DNA of 64,000 nt from Candidatus Jorgensenbacteria bacterium GW2011_GWB1_50_10 (lineage in GTDB: Bacteria > Patescibacteriota > Minisyncoccia > UBA6257 > GWB1-50-10). The stretch is taken from positions 46,805 through 110,804 of the forward strand of contig LCQK01000003.1 of assembly GCA_001004105.1 (NCBI GenBank). The letters run 5' to 3'. Below, piece by piece: positions 46,252-55,267 of the stretch (position 1 is its first letter; each line of letters begins with the position of its first letter). The notes beneath the pieces were generated by a model. It was given only the letters and a program-made list of their open reading frames with translations. It was not told the DNA's origin and ran no database searches. Made by a program: the position numbers and the translations under genes.

Positions 46252-48228
46252 ATGGGTCAATTTCAAATCACAAAAACATTTCAGCCGGACGGTGACCAAC
46301 CAAAAGCGATAAAGGCGCTTGTTGAAGGGCTAAATTATGGTTACGGAAACCAGACGCTTTTGGGCGTGACCGGTTCGGGCAAAACCTTTACGGTTGCAAA
46401 TGTCATCGAAAAAATCGGCAAGCCCACACTCTACATTGCTCACAACAAGACCCTGGCGGCCCAGCTCTGCAATGAGCTCCGGGAGTTTTTTCCGGGAAAT
46501 TCTGTCCATTATTTCGTCTCCTACTACGACTACTATCAGCCGGAGGCCTACATGCCCATAACTGACACTTATATCGGCAAGGAAGCGATGATTAACGACG
46601 AGATAGACAAGTTGCGCCACGCGGCGACAACTGCGCTTTTGACGCGCAATGACGTGATTGTGGTCGCGTCCGTCTCCTGCATTTACGGCCTTGGCGCGCC
46701 CGAGGTTTACGCCGAGAATATCTTCCATTTCAAAGCCGGCGACAAAGTGGACCGTTCCAAATTCGTGCGCAAGCTCGTGGAATTGCAGTTTAAGCGGACG
46801 AGCGCCGACCTGAAACGCGGCACTTTCCGGTTGCGGGGCGACAATTGGGAAATCATGCCGCCGGATCGGGAAGTGATTTACAATCTGGAATTGGAGAAAG
46901 GAAAAATAAAAACCATTTACGAAATTGACCCGGTAAAAGGTTTTCAAAAGGAAAAAACACCCACCCTTTCTGAAATTTACATTGCCCCCGCTAGACATTT
47001 CATCACACCTTTACCGGAGCGCGAGCGGGCGATTAAAGCGATTGAAGCGGAACTTGCAGAGCGGCTGAAATATTTTGAAAGGGAGGGAAAACTGCTTGAG
47101 GCCGAGCGGCTGGAACGCCGGACAAGAGGGGACTTAGCCATGATTCGGGAAATCGGCTACTGCAACGGCATTGAGAATTATTCGCGCCATCTCTCCGGCC
47201 GCCGAGCTGGTGAGCCGCCGGAGACGCTGCTTGATTATTTTCCAAAGGACTTCTTGACCGTGATTGACGAATCGCATGTTACTGTGCCTCAACTTCACGG
47301 TATGTACGAGGGTGATGCCTCGCGGAAGAAAACGCTCATTGAATTCGGTTTCCGGCTGCCTTCCGCCGCCGACAATCGGCCGCTTATGTTTCCGGAATTC
47401 GAAAGCAAAGTGGGGCAGGTAATTTACACTTCGGCGACCCCGGGCCCGTACGAGAGGAGAAAAAGCAATCAGATCGTAGAGCAAATCATCCGGCCGACCG
47501 GTTTGGTTGACCCGGAAATAGTTATTCGACCGGCTCGAGGCCAGGTTGACGATTTGATTCCGAGAATTAAAGAAAGAGTAGACGTGAAAGAGCGCGTTTT
47601 AGTGACCACGCTTACCAAGCGAATGGCCGAAGATTTAAGTTCTTATTTGGAAGAGCAGGGCATTAAAGTGACGTATCTCCACAGCGACGTTAAAACTTTG
47701 GATAGAATCAGGATTTTGACGAATTTGAGAAGAGGTAATTTCGACGTTCTGGTCGGCGTGAATCTGCTCCGCGAAGGACTGGACCTGCCGGAAGTTTCGC
47801 TTGTCGCGATTTTGGACGCGGATAAGGAGGGGTTTCTGCGTTCGGAAACCTCGCTTATCCAGACCATTGGCCGGGCCTCCCGCAATGTCAGTGGCCAAGT
47901 TTTGATTTATGCCGATAACATTACCGGTTCGGTAAAGCGCGCCGTGGATGAAACTGAACGCCGCCGCAAAATCCAGATTGAATATAACTTGCGTCACGGC
48001 ATCACGCCGAAAACAATCGTGAAGAAAATCACCGACATCGTGCCGGTCGAGGAAATCCTGAATTTGGAAATGAAACCCTTGCCGCGCTCTAAAGCGGAAA
48101 TTAAGAAAATAATCGCCGGAAAAGAAAAAGAAATGAGAGAAGCAGCAAGTAGACTTGATTTTGAACTCGCGGCAGTTTTAAGAGATGAAATTAAAGCTTT
48201 ATCTAAGAAGGCGGGGAAGCAGTTTTGA
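46252..48228 (+). CDS. uvrB: excinuclease ABC subunit B
   Basis: [20 protein letters not shown] start, [10 protein letters not shown] Walker A, and a C-terminal UVR domain [15 protein letters not shown]. Confidence 0.95.
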   Translation: MGQFQITKTFQPDGDQPKAIKALVEGLNYGYGNQTLLGVTGSGKTFTVANVIEKIGKPTLYIAHNKTLAAQLCNELREFFPGNSVHYFVSYYDYYQPEAYMPITDTYIGKEAMINDEIDKLRHAATTALLTRNDVIVVASVSCIYGLGAPEVYAENIFHFKAGDKVDRSKFVRKLVELQFKRTSADLKRGTFRLRGDNWEIMPPDREVIYNLELEKGKIKTIYEIDPVKGFQKEKTPTLSEIYIAPARHFITPLPERERAIKAIEAELAERLKYFEREGKLLEAERLERRTRGDLAMIREIGYCNGIENYSRHLSGRRAGEPPETLLDYFPKDFLTVIDESHVTVPQLHGMYEGDASRKKTLIEFGFRLPSAADNRPLMFPEFESKVGQVIYTSATPGPYERRKSNQIVEQIIRPTGLVDPEIVIRPARGQVDDLIPRIKERVDVKERVLVTTLTKRMAEDLSSYLEEQGIKVTYLHSDVKTLDRIRILTNLRRGNFDVLVGVNLLREGLDLPEVSLVAILDADKEGFLRSETSLIQTIGRASRNVSGQVLIYADNITGSVKRAVDETERRRKIQIEYNLRHGITPKTIVKKITDIVPVEEILNLEMKPLPRSKAEIKKIIAGKEKEMREAASRLDFELAAVLRDEIKALSKKAGKQF

Positions 48229-48341
48229 GAAGTTGACAAGATTAGATTTTTGTGCTAAAGCTTAAACTAGCACGAACTGGCAACCTAAAGCCCCAACGAA
48301 TGTTGAGGGTGAGAGGAAACCATAACAAGGAGAGGCAAAGA

Positions 48342-48932
48342 ATGATGAAGGGAACGAACGGACTCGAGTGGCTTGCGGACCGCTGGCAGTCGGTTGCGAC
48401 TGCAGTTCCCCGCCGCTTTGAGAATCGTGGAGTTAGCGGCGGGGAGGTAATTGCCGCCGTAACCAAGCCCCAGACCAGGAGTATTGTGGTCCAGACCGAG
48501 CCCTTTGCTAAGGACTCGTTCTTTGGGGAGAGCGGTCCCGCGGAGCTCTGCATTTGGGACAACTTCCGAACCCAGGTGCTATCAGCAGTTTCCGAGACCG
48601 TGCCCGCGTTTCGAGGCACGCTCACGAGAACTGAGCTTGAGGAGCACATGGGGGACTCCGAGATTTTCGCCAACGGGACATCCCGGCCGCTCCTCTCGCC
48701 GGACGATTTTGTTGCGGTCGTCCGTGACCTCATCTCCCGCCAGCCGAGAGGTGAGAGGGGAATCCTTCTCACAAACGGGGATGCCAACATCTTCCATGTG
48801 CAGCCGGAGGATGGACCTGTGGTTGCGGTGCGTGGGCGCTGGCGCGTTGGTCTCGGCGGTTGGAGCCTGCGCGCGTATGGCCGGGACGACGTCAGATGGC
48901 TCAAAGGCCACTGCGTGTTCTCCCGCGGCTGA
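48342..48932 (+). CDS. DGR target-family paralog 2 (196 aa) with diverged VR-like C-terminus
   Basis: The start at ATG 48342 follows AAGGAGAGG, and [22 protein letters not shown] aligns with the MAKKTDELVQFAGHFQSLATAV start of target 1. Shared blocks include IWDNFR, PAF.G, VIRDLIS.Q.RGE.G.LLTNG.ANIF.VQ and the C-terminal CVFSR. Confidence 0.8.
   Translation: MMKGTNGLEWLADRWQSVATAVPRRFENRGVSGGEVIAAVTKPQTRSIVVQTEPFAKDSFFGESGPAELCIWDNFRTQVLSAVSETVPAFRGTLTRTELEEHMGDSEIFANGTSRPLLSPDDFVAVVRDLISRQPRGERGILLTNGDANIFHVQPEDGPVVAVRGRWRVGLGGWSLRAYGRDDVRWLKGHCVFSRG
48819..48926 (+). repeat. VR-like repeat (VR2), diverged from the TR at both adenine and non-adenine positions
   Basis: Aligns codon-for-codon with TR 13003-13110. 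By hand count there are about 19 mismatches at TR adenines and about 17 elsewhere. The conserved ends are GTGGT.GCGGTG and CTGCGTGTTCTC.CGC. Confidence 0.6.
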
Positions 48933-48965
48933 CCCATCTACCGCAGTTCTCGCAAAGTAGCACAG

Positions 48966-48998
48966 ACAGGCCGCAAGAGGTTTCCTCTTGCGGCCTGT
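48966..48998 (+). terminator. perfect 15-bp hairpin downstream of VR2 (terminator and/or DGR-type hairpin)
   Basis: ACAGGCCGCAAGAGG TTT CCTCTTGCGGCCTGT, then TCCTGTTTTT. It starts 40 nt after the end of VR2, the same spacing as at VR1. Confidence 0.7.
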
Positions 48999-49062
48999 TC
49001 CTGTTTTTACTAAACTTGAGATACTACCCCTATATGAACCAAAAAGAGGGGCAGTTTCTGTT

Positions 49063-51588
49063 ATGCAGGACAAAATTGTTATAAAAGGAGCAAGAGAGCA
49101 TAATCTCAAGAACGTCAATCTGGAAATTCCTCGCGACAAAATGGTGGTTTTTACCGGGCTTTCCGGGTCGGGGAAATCCTCGCTGGCTTTTGACACGATT
49201 TTTGCCGAGGGCCAGCGCCGCTACATTGAATCGCTCTCGGCCTATGCCCGGCAGTTTTTAGGTCGTTTGGACAAGCCTGATGTTGACGAAATTGACGGAT
49301 TATCGCCCGCGATTTCCATTGACCAGAAAAGCCATTCTCACAACCCGCGCTCCACGGTCGCGACCGTCACGGAAATTTACGATTATCTCCGCGTTCTTTT
49401 CGCCCGCGTGGGCATTCCCCATTGTCCGAAGTGCGGCCGGGAAATCAAAAAAATGACGAACGAGGAAATTGTGGATACCGTGCTCCGGATTTATCAAAAC
49501 AAAAAATCCGACAAAAACCTCGTGGTTTTGGCGCCGGCTGTCCGCGGCCGGAAAGGGGAATATTATCAGCTCCTTTACGATTTCTTAAACGCCGGTTTTC
49601 GAGAAGCACGCATTGACGGTAAGATTCATAACTTGCGGGAAAGAATTGAGCTTAGCCGTTACAAACAGCACACAATAGAGCTCGTGGTGGATAGATTGCC
49701 TGACGGTTTGGATATGCGCGAGAAGGACAATCGCTTGCGTTTGGCCGAAGCGGTGGAGTCGGCCTTGAAATACGGCAACGATGTTGTAACCGTGATTGCC
49801 GATGAAGAAGAAACTTCGCTCTCCGCCAAATTCACTTGTCCCAACGACAGTTACTCTTTTCCGGAAATAGAGCCGCGACTTTTTTCCTTCAACAGCCCCT
49901 ACGGCGCCTGCGAGGTCTGCCACGGTTTAGGGACGGAGAGCATTTGGTCGGAAAAACCCTGTCCCAAATGTTTAGGCAAGCGTCTGCGAGACGAAGCGTT
50001 AAGTGTTCTCATTGCTGATAAAAGCATTGCCTCGGTTGTGGCAAATTCTATAAGCAACGCCCGTAAATTCTGCGATGAAGTGGAAGGAAAAATTGACGAG
50101 AATTTCAAGGAGGTGGTTTCAGCGCCACTGCGCGAAATCAAAAACCGGCTGAAATTCATGATTGATGTCGGTTTGGAATATCTCACGCTTGAACGGCGAG
50201 CCGGGACGCTCTCGGGCGGCGAAGCTCAGCGTATCCGCCTCGCCTCCCAAATCGGTTCGCGTCTCACCGGCACGCTCTACATATTGGACGAACCGACTAT
50301 CGGTCTTCACCAGCGCGACAACGCGAAACTCATCGCTACTCTCCAAGATTTGCGGGATTTAGGGAACACCGTCCTCGTTGTGGAGCACGACGAGGAAACC
50401 ATCCGCCAGTCGGATTATCTCGTGGACATCGGGCCGGGCGCCGGCGTCCACGGCGGTAAAATCGTGGCCCAAGGGTCGATTCCCGAAATTCTCTCCGACA
50501 AAAAATCCAAGTCGCTCACCATCGATTACCTGAACGGCAGGGAATTCATTCCCGTGCCGGAGAAAAGACGGCCGGTGACGCGGAAGGGCGACTTTTTGGT
50601 GATAAAGGGCGCAAGCGCGAATAATCTGAAAGACATTGACGTGCAAATTCCCTTGCACCGGTTTGTGGCCGTAACCGGTGTTTCCGGCTCAGGAAAAAGT
50701 TCCTTGGTTTATGATGTCATCTACAAAGCGCTCGCCAATGCCTGGAACGGCGCAAATTATAAAGTCGGCGCGCATAAAGGCATGACCGGTTTGGAAAATT
50801 TGAACCGTGTGATTAATATTGACCAGTCGCCGATAGGTCGTACCCCGCGTTCCAATCCAGCCACTTATGTCGGCGCTTGGACTTTTATCCGCGAGCTTTT
50901 TGCCGCAACCGAAGACGCCCGCGTCCGCGGCTACAAGCCGGGACGCTTCAGTTTCAATGTCCGCGGCGGGCGGTGCGAAAACTGTGAAGGCCACGGCACG
51001 ATTGCGATTGAAATGCACTTTTTGCCGACCGTTTACGTCACTTGCGACGTCTGCAAAGGCAAGCGTTTTGATCGCGAGACTCTGGAAGTTGAATATAAAC
51101 ATAAGAACATTTATGACATCTTAAAGATGACCGTGGAGGAAACAGTGGAGTTTTTCCGCGATATTCCCTGGCTTTACGACCGGCTGAAAATTCTGGAAGA
51201 AGTGGGTTTGGGCTATTTAACGCTGGGGCAGTCGGCGACGACTTTGTCTGGCGGCGAGGCCCAGCGGATAAAACTCACGGCCGAACTCGGCAAGCGCGAC
51301 ACTAGGAAAACGATTTATCTTCTTGATGAACCGACGACCGGTCTTCATTTTGCCGACGTTCAGAATCTTTTGAAAGTTTTGGACCGGTTGGTCGCGCGCG
51401 GCAATACTGTTGTTGTGATTGAACATAACTTGGATGTCATCAAGACCGCTGACTGGGTGATTGACTTGGGGCCCGAAGGCGGCGAAAAGGGCGGGGAGAT
51501 GATTGTCGCCGCGCCACCCGAAGGCGTCATGAAAAAAGCCGGTAGTTTTACGGGCGCTTACCTCAAGAAAGCCCTCGCTAAAAAATGA
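49063..51588 (+). CDS. uvrA: excinuclease ABC subunit A
   Basis: The start was set at [18 protein letters not shown]. Two ABC modules ([12 protein letters not shown] and [11 protein letters not shown]), Zn fingers and LSGGE signatures are present. The ORF-track start at 48988 was rejected. Confidence 0.95.
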   Translation: MQDKIVIKGAREHNLKNVNLEIPRDKMVVFTGLSGSGKSSLAFDTIFAEGQRRYIESLSAYARQFLGRLDKPDVDEIDGLSPAISIDQKSHSHNPRSTVATVTEIYDYLRVLFARVGIPHCPKCGREIKKMTNEEIVDTVLRIYQNKKSDKNLVVLAPAVRGRKGEYYQLLYDFLNAGFREARIDGKIHNLRERIELSRYKQHTIELVVDRLPDGLDMREKDNRLRLAEAVESALKYGNDVVTVIADEEETSLSAKFTCPNDSYSFPEIEPRLFSFNSPYGACEVCHGLGTESIWSEKPCPKCLGKRLRDEALSVLIADKSIASVVANSISNARKFCDEVEGKIDENFKEVVSAPLREIKNRLKFMIDVGLEYLTLERRAGTLSGGEAQRIRLASQIGSRLTGTLYILDEPTIGLHQRDNAKLIATLQDLRDLGNTVLVVEHDEETIRQSDYLVDIGPGAGVHGGKIVAQGSIPEILSDKKSKSLTIDYLNGREFIPVPEKRRPVTRKGDFLVIKGASANNLKDIDVQIPLHRFVAVTGVSGSGKSSLVYDVIYKALANAWNGANYKVGAHKGMTGLENLNRVINIDQSPIGRTPRSNPATYVGAWTFIRELFAATEDARVRGYKPGRFSFNVRGGRCENCEGHGTIAIEMHFLPTVYVTCDVCKGKRFDRETLEVEYKHKNIYDILKMTVEETVEFFRDIPWLYDRLKILEEVGLGYLTLGQSATTLSGGEAQRIKLTAELGKRDTRKTIYLLDEPTTGLHFADVQNLLKVLDRLVARGNTVVVIEHNLDVIKTADWVIDLGPEGGEKGGEMIVAAPPEGVMKKAGSFTGAYLKKALAKK

Positions 51589-52814
51589 AAAAACTTCACG
51601 CCAAAATGCCAGATTCGCCGGGCGTCTACTTAATGAAAAACGCTCGCGGCCGGATTCTTTATATCGGCAAGGCGGCAAATTTAAAAAGGCGGGTTTCCAG
51701 TTATTTTTTGCGTCCCGCACGCCTGCCTGCCGGCAGGCAGGATTCGCGAATTGAAAAAATGGTGAGCGAGGTGCGCAAGATTGATTACAAAAAAACCGAC
51801 ACTGCTTTGGAAGCACTAATTTTGGAGGCGACTCTTATTAAAAAACACGAACCGCCCTATAACGTCAGAGAAAAAGACGACAAGAGCTTCCTTTACGTGG
51901 AAATAACGAAAGATAAATTCCCGCGAGTGCTTTTGGTGCGCGGCCGTGCCTACCGGCAGGCAGGCAAAAGCCGGGCGGGAGGGGATAGATTTGGACCGTT
52001 TACTTCTGCTTCAAGTGCGCGGGAGGCGCTCCGCATCATCCGCAAAATTTTTCCGTTCAGCGTCCATCCGGCGGATAAAATCGGCAAATTCAAGAAACCC
52101 TGTTTTGACTACGAAATTGGTCTTTGTCCGGGTACTTGCGCCGGTCTTATAGATAAGACCGATTATCTGAAGAACGTCAGAAACATCAAACTGCTTTTCC
52201 AAGGCAAGAAAGCGGCCATATTGAGGACGCTAAAACGGGAAATGGAAGCGGCGAGCAAGCGGCTGGACTTCGAAAAAGCCGCCAAATTACGGGGCCGGAT
52301 TTTCGCGCTGGAGCACGTGCAGGACGTGGCGCTCATCAAGAGCGAGGAAGACAGCGGTACGGAAAACAAGGCAAGAATTGAAGGATACGACATTTCCGAT
52401 ATTTCCGGGACATCGGCCGTGGGAGCGATGGTTGTTTTTCGCGGCGGCAGACCGGCACCGAATGAATACCGGAAGTTCAAAATCGGCACGGTTTTTAAAC
52501 CGAACGATACTGCAATGTTGAAAGAAGTGATTGGCCGGCGTTTGAACCATCGGGAATGGCCGCTGCCCGATTTATTCCTGATTGACGGCGGCAAGCCGCA
52601 GGTGAACGCCGCAAAAAAGATTCTCAGAGATTCCGGTTTCGTGATTCCGGTCGTGGGCATCGCCAAGGGCGCGAAACGAAAGAAAAACGAATTCATTGGT
52701 TCTATACCCTACAACCTATCACCTATAACCTTGATTAAGGTTCGCAACGAAGCCCACCGTTTCGCCCAAAGTTACCACAAAAGGTTAAGGAAAATAATCT
52801 CACTAGGTTTGTAA
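51585..52814 (+). CDS. uvrC: excinuclease ABC subunit C (short form, 409 aa)
   Basis: GIY-YIG N-terminus (GVYLMKNARGRILYIGKAANLKRRVSSYF), a UVR domain (DFEKAAKLRGRIFALE) and an RNase H-like endonuclease region. It carries one perfect and one decayed palindrome copy in-frame. I did not see a C-terminal (HhH)2 region. Confidence 0.88.
   Translation: MKKLHAKMPDSPGVYLMKNARGRILYIGKAANLKRRVSSYFLRPARLPAGRQDSRIEKMVSEVRKIDYKKTDTALEALILEATLIKKHEPPYNVREKDDKSFLYVEITKDKFPRVLLVRGRAYRQAGKSRAGGDRFGPFTSASSAREALRIIRKIFPFSVHPADKIGKFKKPCFDYEIGLCPGTCAGLIDKTDYLKNVRNIKLLFQGKKAAILRTLKREMEAASKRLDFEKAAKLRGRIFALEHVQDVALIKSEEDSGTENKARIEGYDISDISGTSAVGAMVVFRGGRPAPNEYRKFKIGTVFKPNDTAMLKEVIGRRLNHREWPLPDLFLIDGGKPQVNAAKKILRDSGFVIPVVGIAKGAKRKKNEFIGSIPYNLSPITLIKVRNEAHRFAQSYHKRLRKIISLGL
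51722..51741. repeat. 20-bp palindrome, copy 4 (inside uvrC, RLPAGRQD)
   Basis: Exact 20-mer within a loop of the GIY-YIG domain. Confidence 0.95.
51945..51964. repeat. decayed palindrome copy (18/20) inside uvrC (RAYRQAGK)
   Basis: CGTGCCTACCGGCAGGCAGG. Confidence 0.7.
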
Positions 52815-52842
52815 AGGATTGAATTTATTGCTTGAATTTAAC

Positions 52843-52878
52843 GCCTCAAAATATCAGTATATGCTGAGATTTTGAGGC
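52843..52878. terminator. hairpin GCCTCAAAAT..ATTTTGAGGC after uvrC (member of a 2-copy hairpin family)
   Basis: GCCTCAAAATATCAGTATATGCTGAGATTTTGAGGC shares the core TCAGTATATGCTGAG with 53417-53458. Confidence 0.6.
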
Positions 52879-52899
52879 AAGCTCTGTTATAATAAACTT

Positions 52900-53412
52900 G
52901 TGGCCAAGACATCAAGAGATGCAAGAAGACATATAAGGGCAATAAGTGAGTTTTTTGCTGCCGGGAAAGCTGTAACCGAAGCCGCAGTTAATGATTTTAT
53001 CGGCACCTACAAAAAGAGGAAATTCTTAAAGCAAAGTTTGCGCCGGCTAATTGAAAAGGGTTTGGTTGAAAAGAAAAATAACAAGTTTGTTCCGACTCTC
53101 GCTGGTATCAGGTTTTTTCGTTCAAACATTGAGAGATCGTTGAAACCAAAAAATTGGGATGGTAAGTGGTACCTTTTAAGTTTTGACGTTCCGGTTAAAC
53201 TGAACGTAAAGAGAGACTATTTAAGAAGGGTGCTTAAAAGTTATGATTTTTATCCGCTCCAAAAGAGCGTTTGGGTGGGCCCGAATAAATTCGGCGACGA
53301 CCTTTGGGAATTTGTCGTTCAAAAGGAACTTAATAAATATTGCCGGGTTATGGTGGTGAGCGTTTTAGAAGGGGATGAGGATTTAAAAAAGTATTTCAAA
53401 ATCGGGTTTTAA
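52900..53412 (+). CDS. PaaX-like / Cas2-fold-containing putative regulator (GTG start)
   Basis: A winged-helix-like N-terminus (LRRLIEKGLVEKKNNKFVPTLAG) is followed by WDGKWYLLSFDVPVKLNVKRDYLRRVLKSYDFYPLQKSVWVGP. A TGTTATAAT box at 52885-52893 lies 6 nt before the GTG. Confidence 0.55.
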   Translation: MAKTSRDARRHIRAISEFFAAGKAVTEAAVNDFIGTYKKRKFLKQSLRRLIEKGLVEKKNNKFVPTLAGIRFFRSNIERSLKPKNWDGKWYLLSFDVPVKLNVKRDYLRRVLKSYDFYPLQKSVWVGPNKFGDDLWEFVVQKELNKYCRVMVVSVLEGDEDLKKYFKIGF

Positions 53413-53416
53413 TTTG

Positions 53417-53458
53417 TGTGCCTCAAAAACTCAGTATATGCTGAGTTTTTGAGGCACA
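53417..53458. terminator. 18-bp-stem hairpin after the PaaX-like gene (second family member)
   Basis: TGTGCCTCAAAAACTCAG TATATG CTGAGTTTTTGAGGCACA. Confidence 0.65.
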
Positions 53459-53503
53459 AACATGGTTAATTTGTTTAAATATTCAGTGGTATAATATTTA
53501 GTA

Positions 53504-55267
53504 ATGTCAGAAACGAGAATTTGCCAGAATTGCAAGCAACAATTCACGATTGAGCCGGACGATTTCGCGTTTTATAAAAAGATAAGCGTCCCGCCACCGA
53601 CGTGGTGCCCGGAGTGCAGGTTAGTGAGAAGGTTAATTGTTCGTAATGAACGGAGTTTGTATAGAAGAATCTGTGATCTTTGTGGAAAAGAGAAAATAAT
53701 GATGTTTTATCCTCAAAGTCCTTTCAAGGTATATTGCTACGAATGTTGGTTTGGCGATAACTGGAATCCAATGGGGTATGGGAAAGAATATGACTTTTCA
53801 CAGCCCTTTTTCGAACAGTTTAGTGATTTGCTCCATGTGGTACCGAGGCCGGGGATTCTAAAACAAGGATTCGCTATTGAGAGTGAATACACCAACCGAG
53901 TCAGCGAAATTAGAAATTGTTATCTTATTTTTGGCTCAACAGCTAGCGAAAACTGTTTTTACGGTTCGTGGGTAAATGATTCTAAAGAATGCGTTGACTG
54001 TTACAACCTCGGCAAATGCGAAAGATGTTATGACTGCACCGATTGTGTCGGTTGCTATAACCTTCAGTACTCTCGTGACTGCCATAGTTGCAGTAATTCT
54101 TATTTTCTTTTGAATTGCCGCAACTGCGAGAGTTGCTTTGGTTGCACGAATCTCCGCAATAAAAGCTACTGTGTTTTTAATAAACAATACGGCAAGGAGG
54201 AATATCAAAAACTACTCGAGGAACACAATTTGAAAAGCTCAGCCGCTATCAAAAGACTCCAGTCCCGGTTCATTTCGGAGCGTTCCAAGCATATTGTGCC
54301 GTCAATAATCCAACATCACAGTACGGATGTAAGCGGTAACTGGATTGAAGAATCCAAGAATGTTCATTACAGCTTCAACTGCCGAAATGTCGAGGATGGT
54401 AAGTACGTACTGGCGGCAGTAATTGCAAAAGATGTAATGGATTATGCTCATTTCGGACGCGGCGTTGAACGTATTTATGATTCAATCAACATTGGCCGCC
54501 AAGCCTCATCCGTCTTTTTTAGCAATGAAAGCTGGGACCAATCTTCAAATTTGCAGTATTGCATGAATTGCCGAGGTTCACAGAACCTTTTCGGGTGCAT
54601 CGGAGTTCGTAACAAAAGTTACTGTATCTTGAACAGGGAATATACCAAAGAAGAATACGAGAAGCTGGTTCCCCGCATTATTGAGCACATGAATACTATG
54701 CCCTACGCCGACAAGAAAGATAGGGTATACAAGTACGGCGAATTTTTCCCGCCGGAAATAACGCCATTCGCTTATAACGAGTCCCTCTCCCAAGAATTTT
54801 TTCCTCTAACAAAAGAAAGAGCGTCAGAACTCGGGTACCGCTGGAAAGATGAAGAGAATCGGAGCTACAAGATAACTGTAAAAAATAACGAAATTCCTGA
54901 TACTATTCGACTTGTTTCCGACGCGATACTCGATGATGTCATTGGCTGCGAACATGGTGGAAAATGCAACGAACAGTGCACGACGGCTTTTAAAATTGTT
55001 CCTCAAGAGCTTAATTTTTATAGACAATTTAATATTCCCCTTCCAAATCTTTGTCCCAACTGCCGTCATTATCAGAGATTAAAACAAAGAAATCCCCTAA
55101 AGCTTTGGCACAGAAAATGTATGTGTGATTACCAGGTTTATAAAAATACGGTGAAGCACGTTCATCATCCGGAAGGAAAGTGCCCGAACGAATTTAAAAC
55201 GTCCTACGCCCCCGAGAGGCCGGAAATCGTCTACTGCGAGCAGTGTTATAATTTCGAGGTAGTATGA
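53504..55267 (+). CDS. cysteine-rich protein with N- and C-terminal zinc-ribbon-like modules and internal Cys-repeat region
   Basis: CQNCKQQFTIEPDDFAFYKKISVPPPTWCPECR, repeated C..C..C.NL..S..C units (residues about 150-215), and a C-terminal CPNCRHYQRLK...CEQCY. A TATAAT box at 53490-53495 lies 8 nt before the ATG. Confidence 0.6.
   Translation: MSETRICQNCKQQFTIEPDDFAFYKKISVPPPTWCPECRLVRRLIVRNERSLYRRICDLCGKEKIMMFYPQSPFKVYCYECWFGDNWNPMGYGKEYDFSQPFFEQFSDLLHVVPRPGILKQGFAIESEYTNRVSEIRNCYLIFGSTASENCFYGSWVNDSKECVDCYNLGKCERCYDCTDCVGCYNLQYSRDCHSCSNSYFLLNCRNCESCFGCTNLRNKSYCVFNKQYGKEEYQKLLEEHNLKSSAAIKRLQSRFISERSKHIVPSIIQHHSTDVSGNWIEESKNVHYSFNCRNVEDGKYVLAAVIAKDVMDYAHFGRGVERIYDSINIGRQASSVFFSNESWDQSSNLQYCMNCRGSQNLFGCIGVRNKSYCILNREYTKEEYEKLVPRIIEHMNTMPYADKKDRVYKYGEFFPPEITPFAYNESLSQEFFPLTKERASELGYRWKDEENRSYKITVKNNEIPDTIRLVSDAILDDVIGCEHGGKCNEQCTTAFKIVPQELNFYRQFNIPLPNLCPNCRHYQRLKQRNPLKLWHRKCMCDYQVYKNTVKHVHHPEGKCPNEFKTSYAPERPEIVYCEQCYNFEVV

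Noticed and set aside
34674-49062. Long N-terminal extensions offered by the ORF track for tpiA (34674), rpoC (40894), uvrB (46219), target 2 (48252) and uvrA (48988)
   Set aside because: The conserved N-termini of each family begin at downstream ATGs (34857, 40942, 46252, 48342, 49063). The extensions overlap upstream genes or intergenic hairpins.
48242-49196. Minus-strand ORFs of 231 aa and 204 aa, and a + frame ORF of 158 aa, overlapping target paralog 2 and the uvrA 5' region
   Set aside because: Same GC-rich antisense or alternative-frame artefact. The products are low-complexity and Arg/Pro/Ser-rich.
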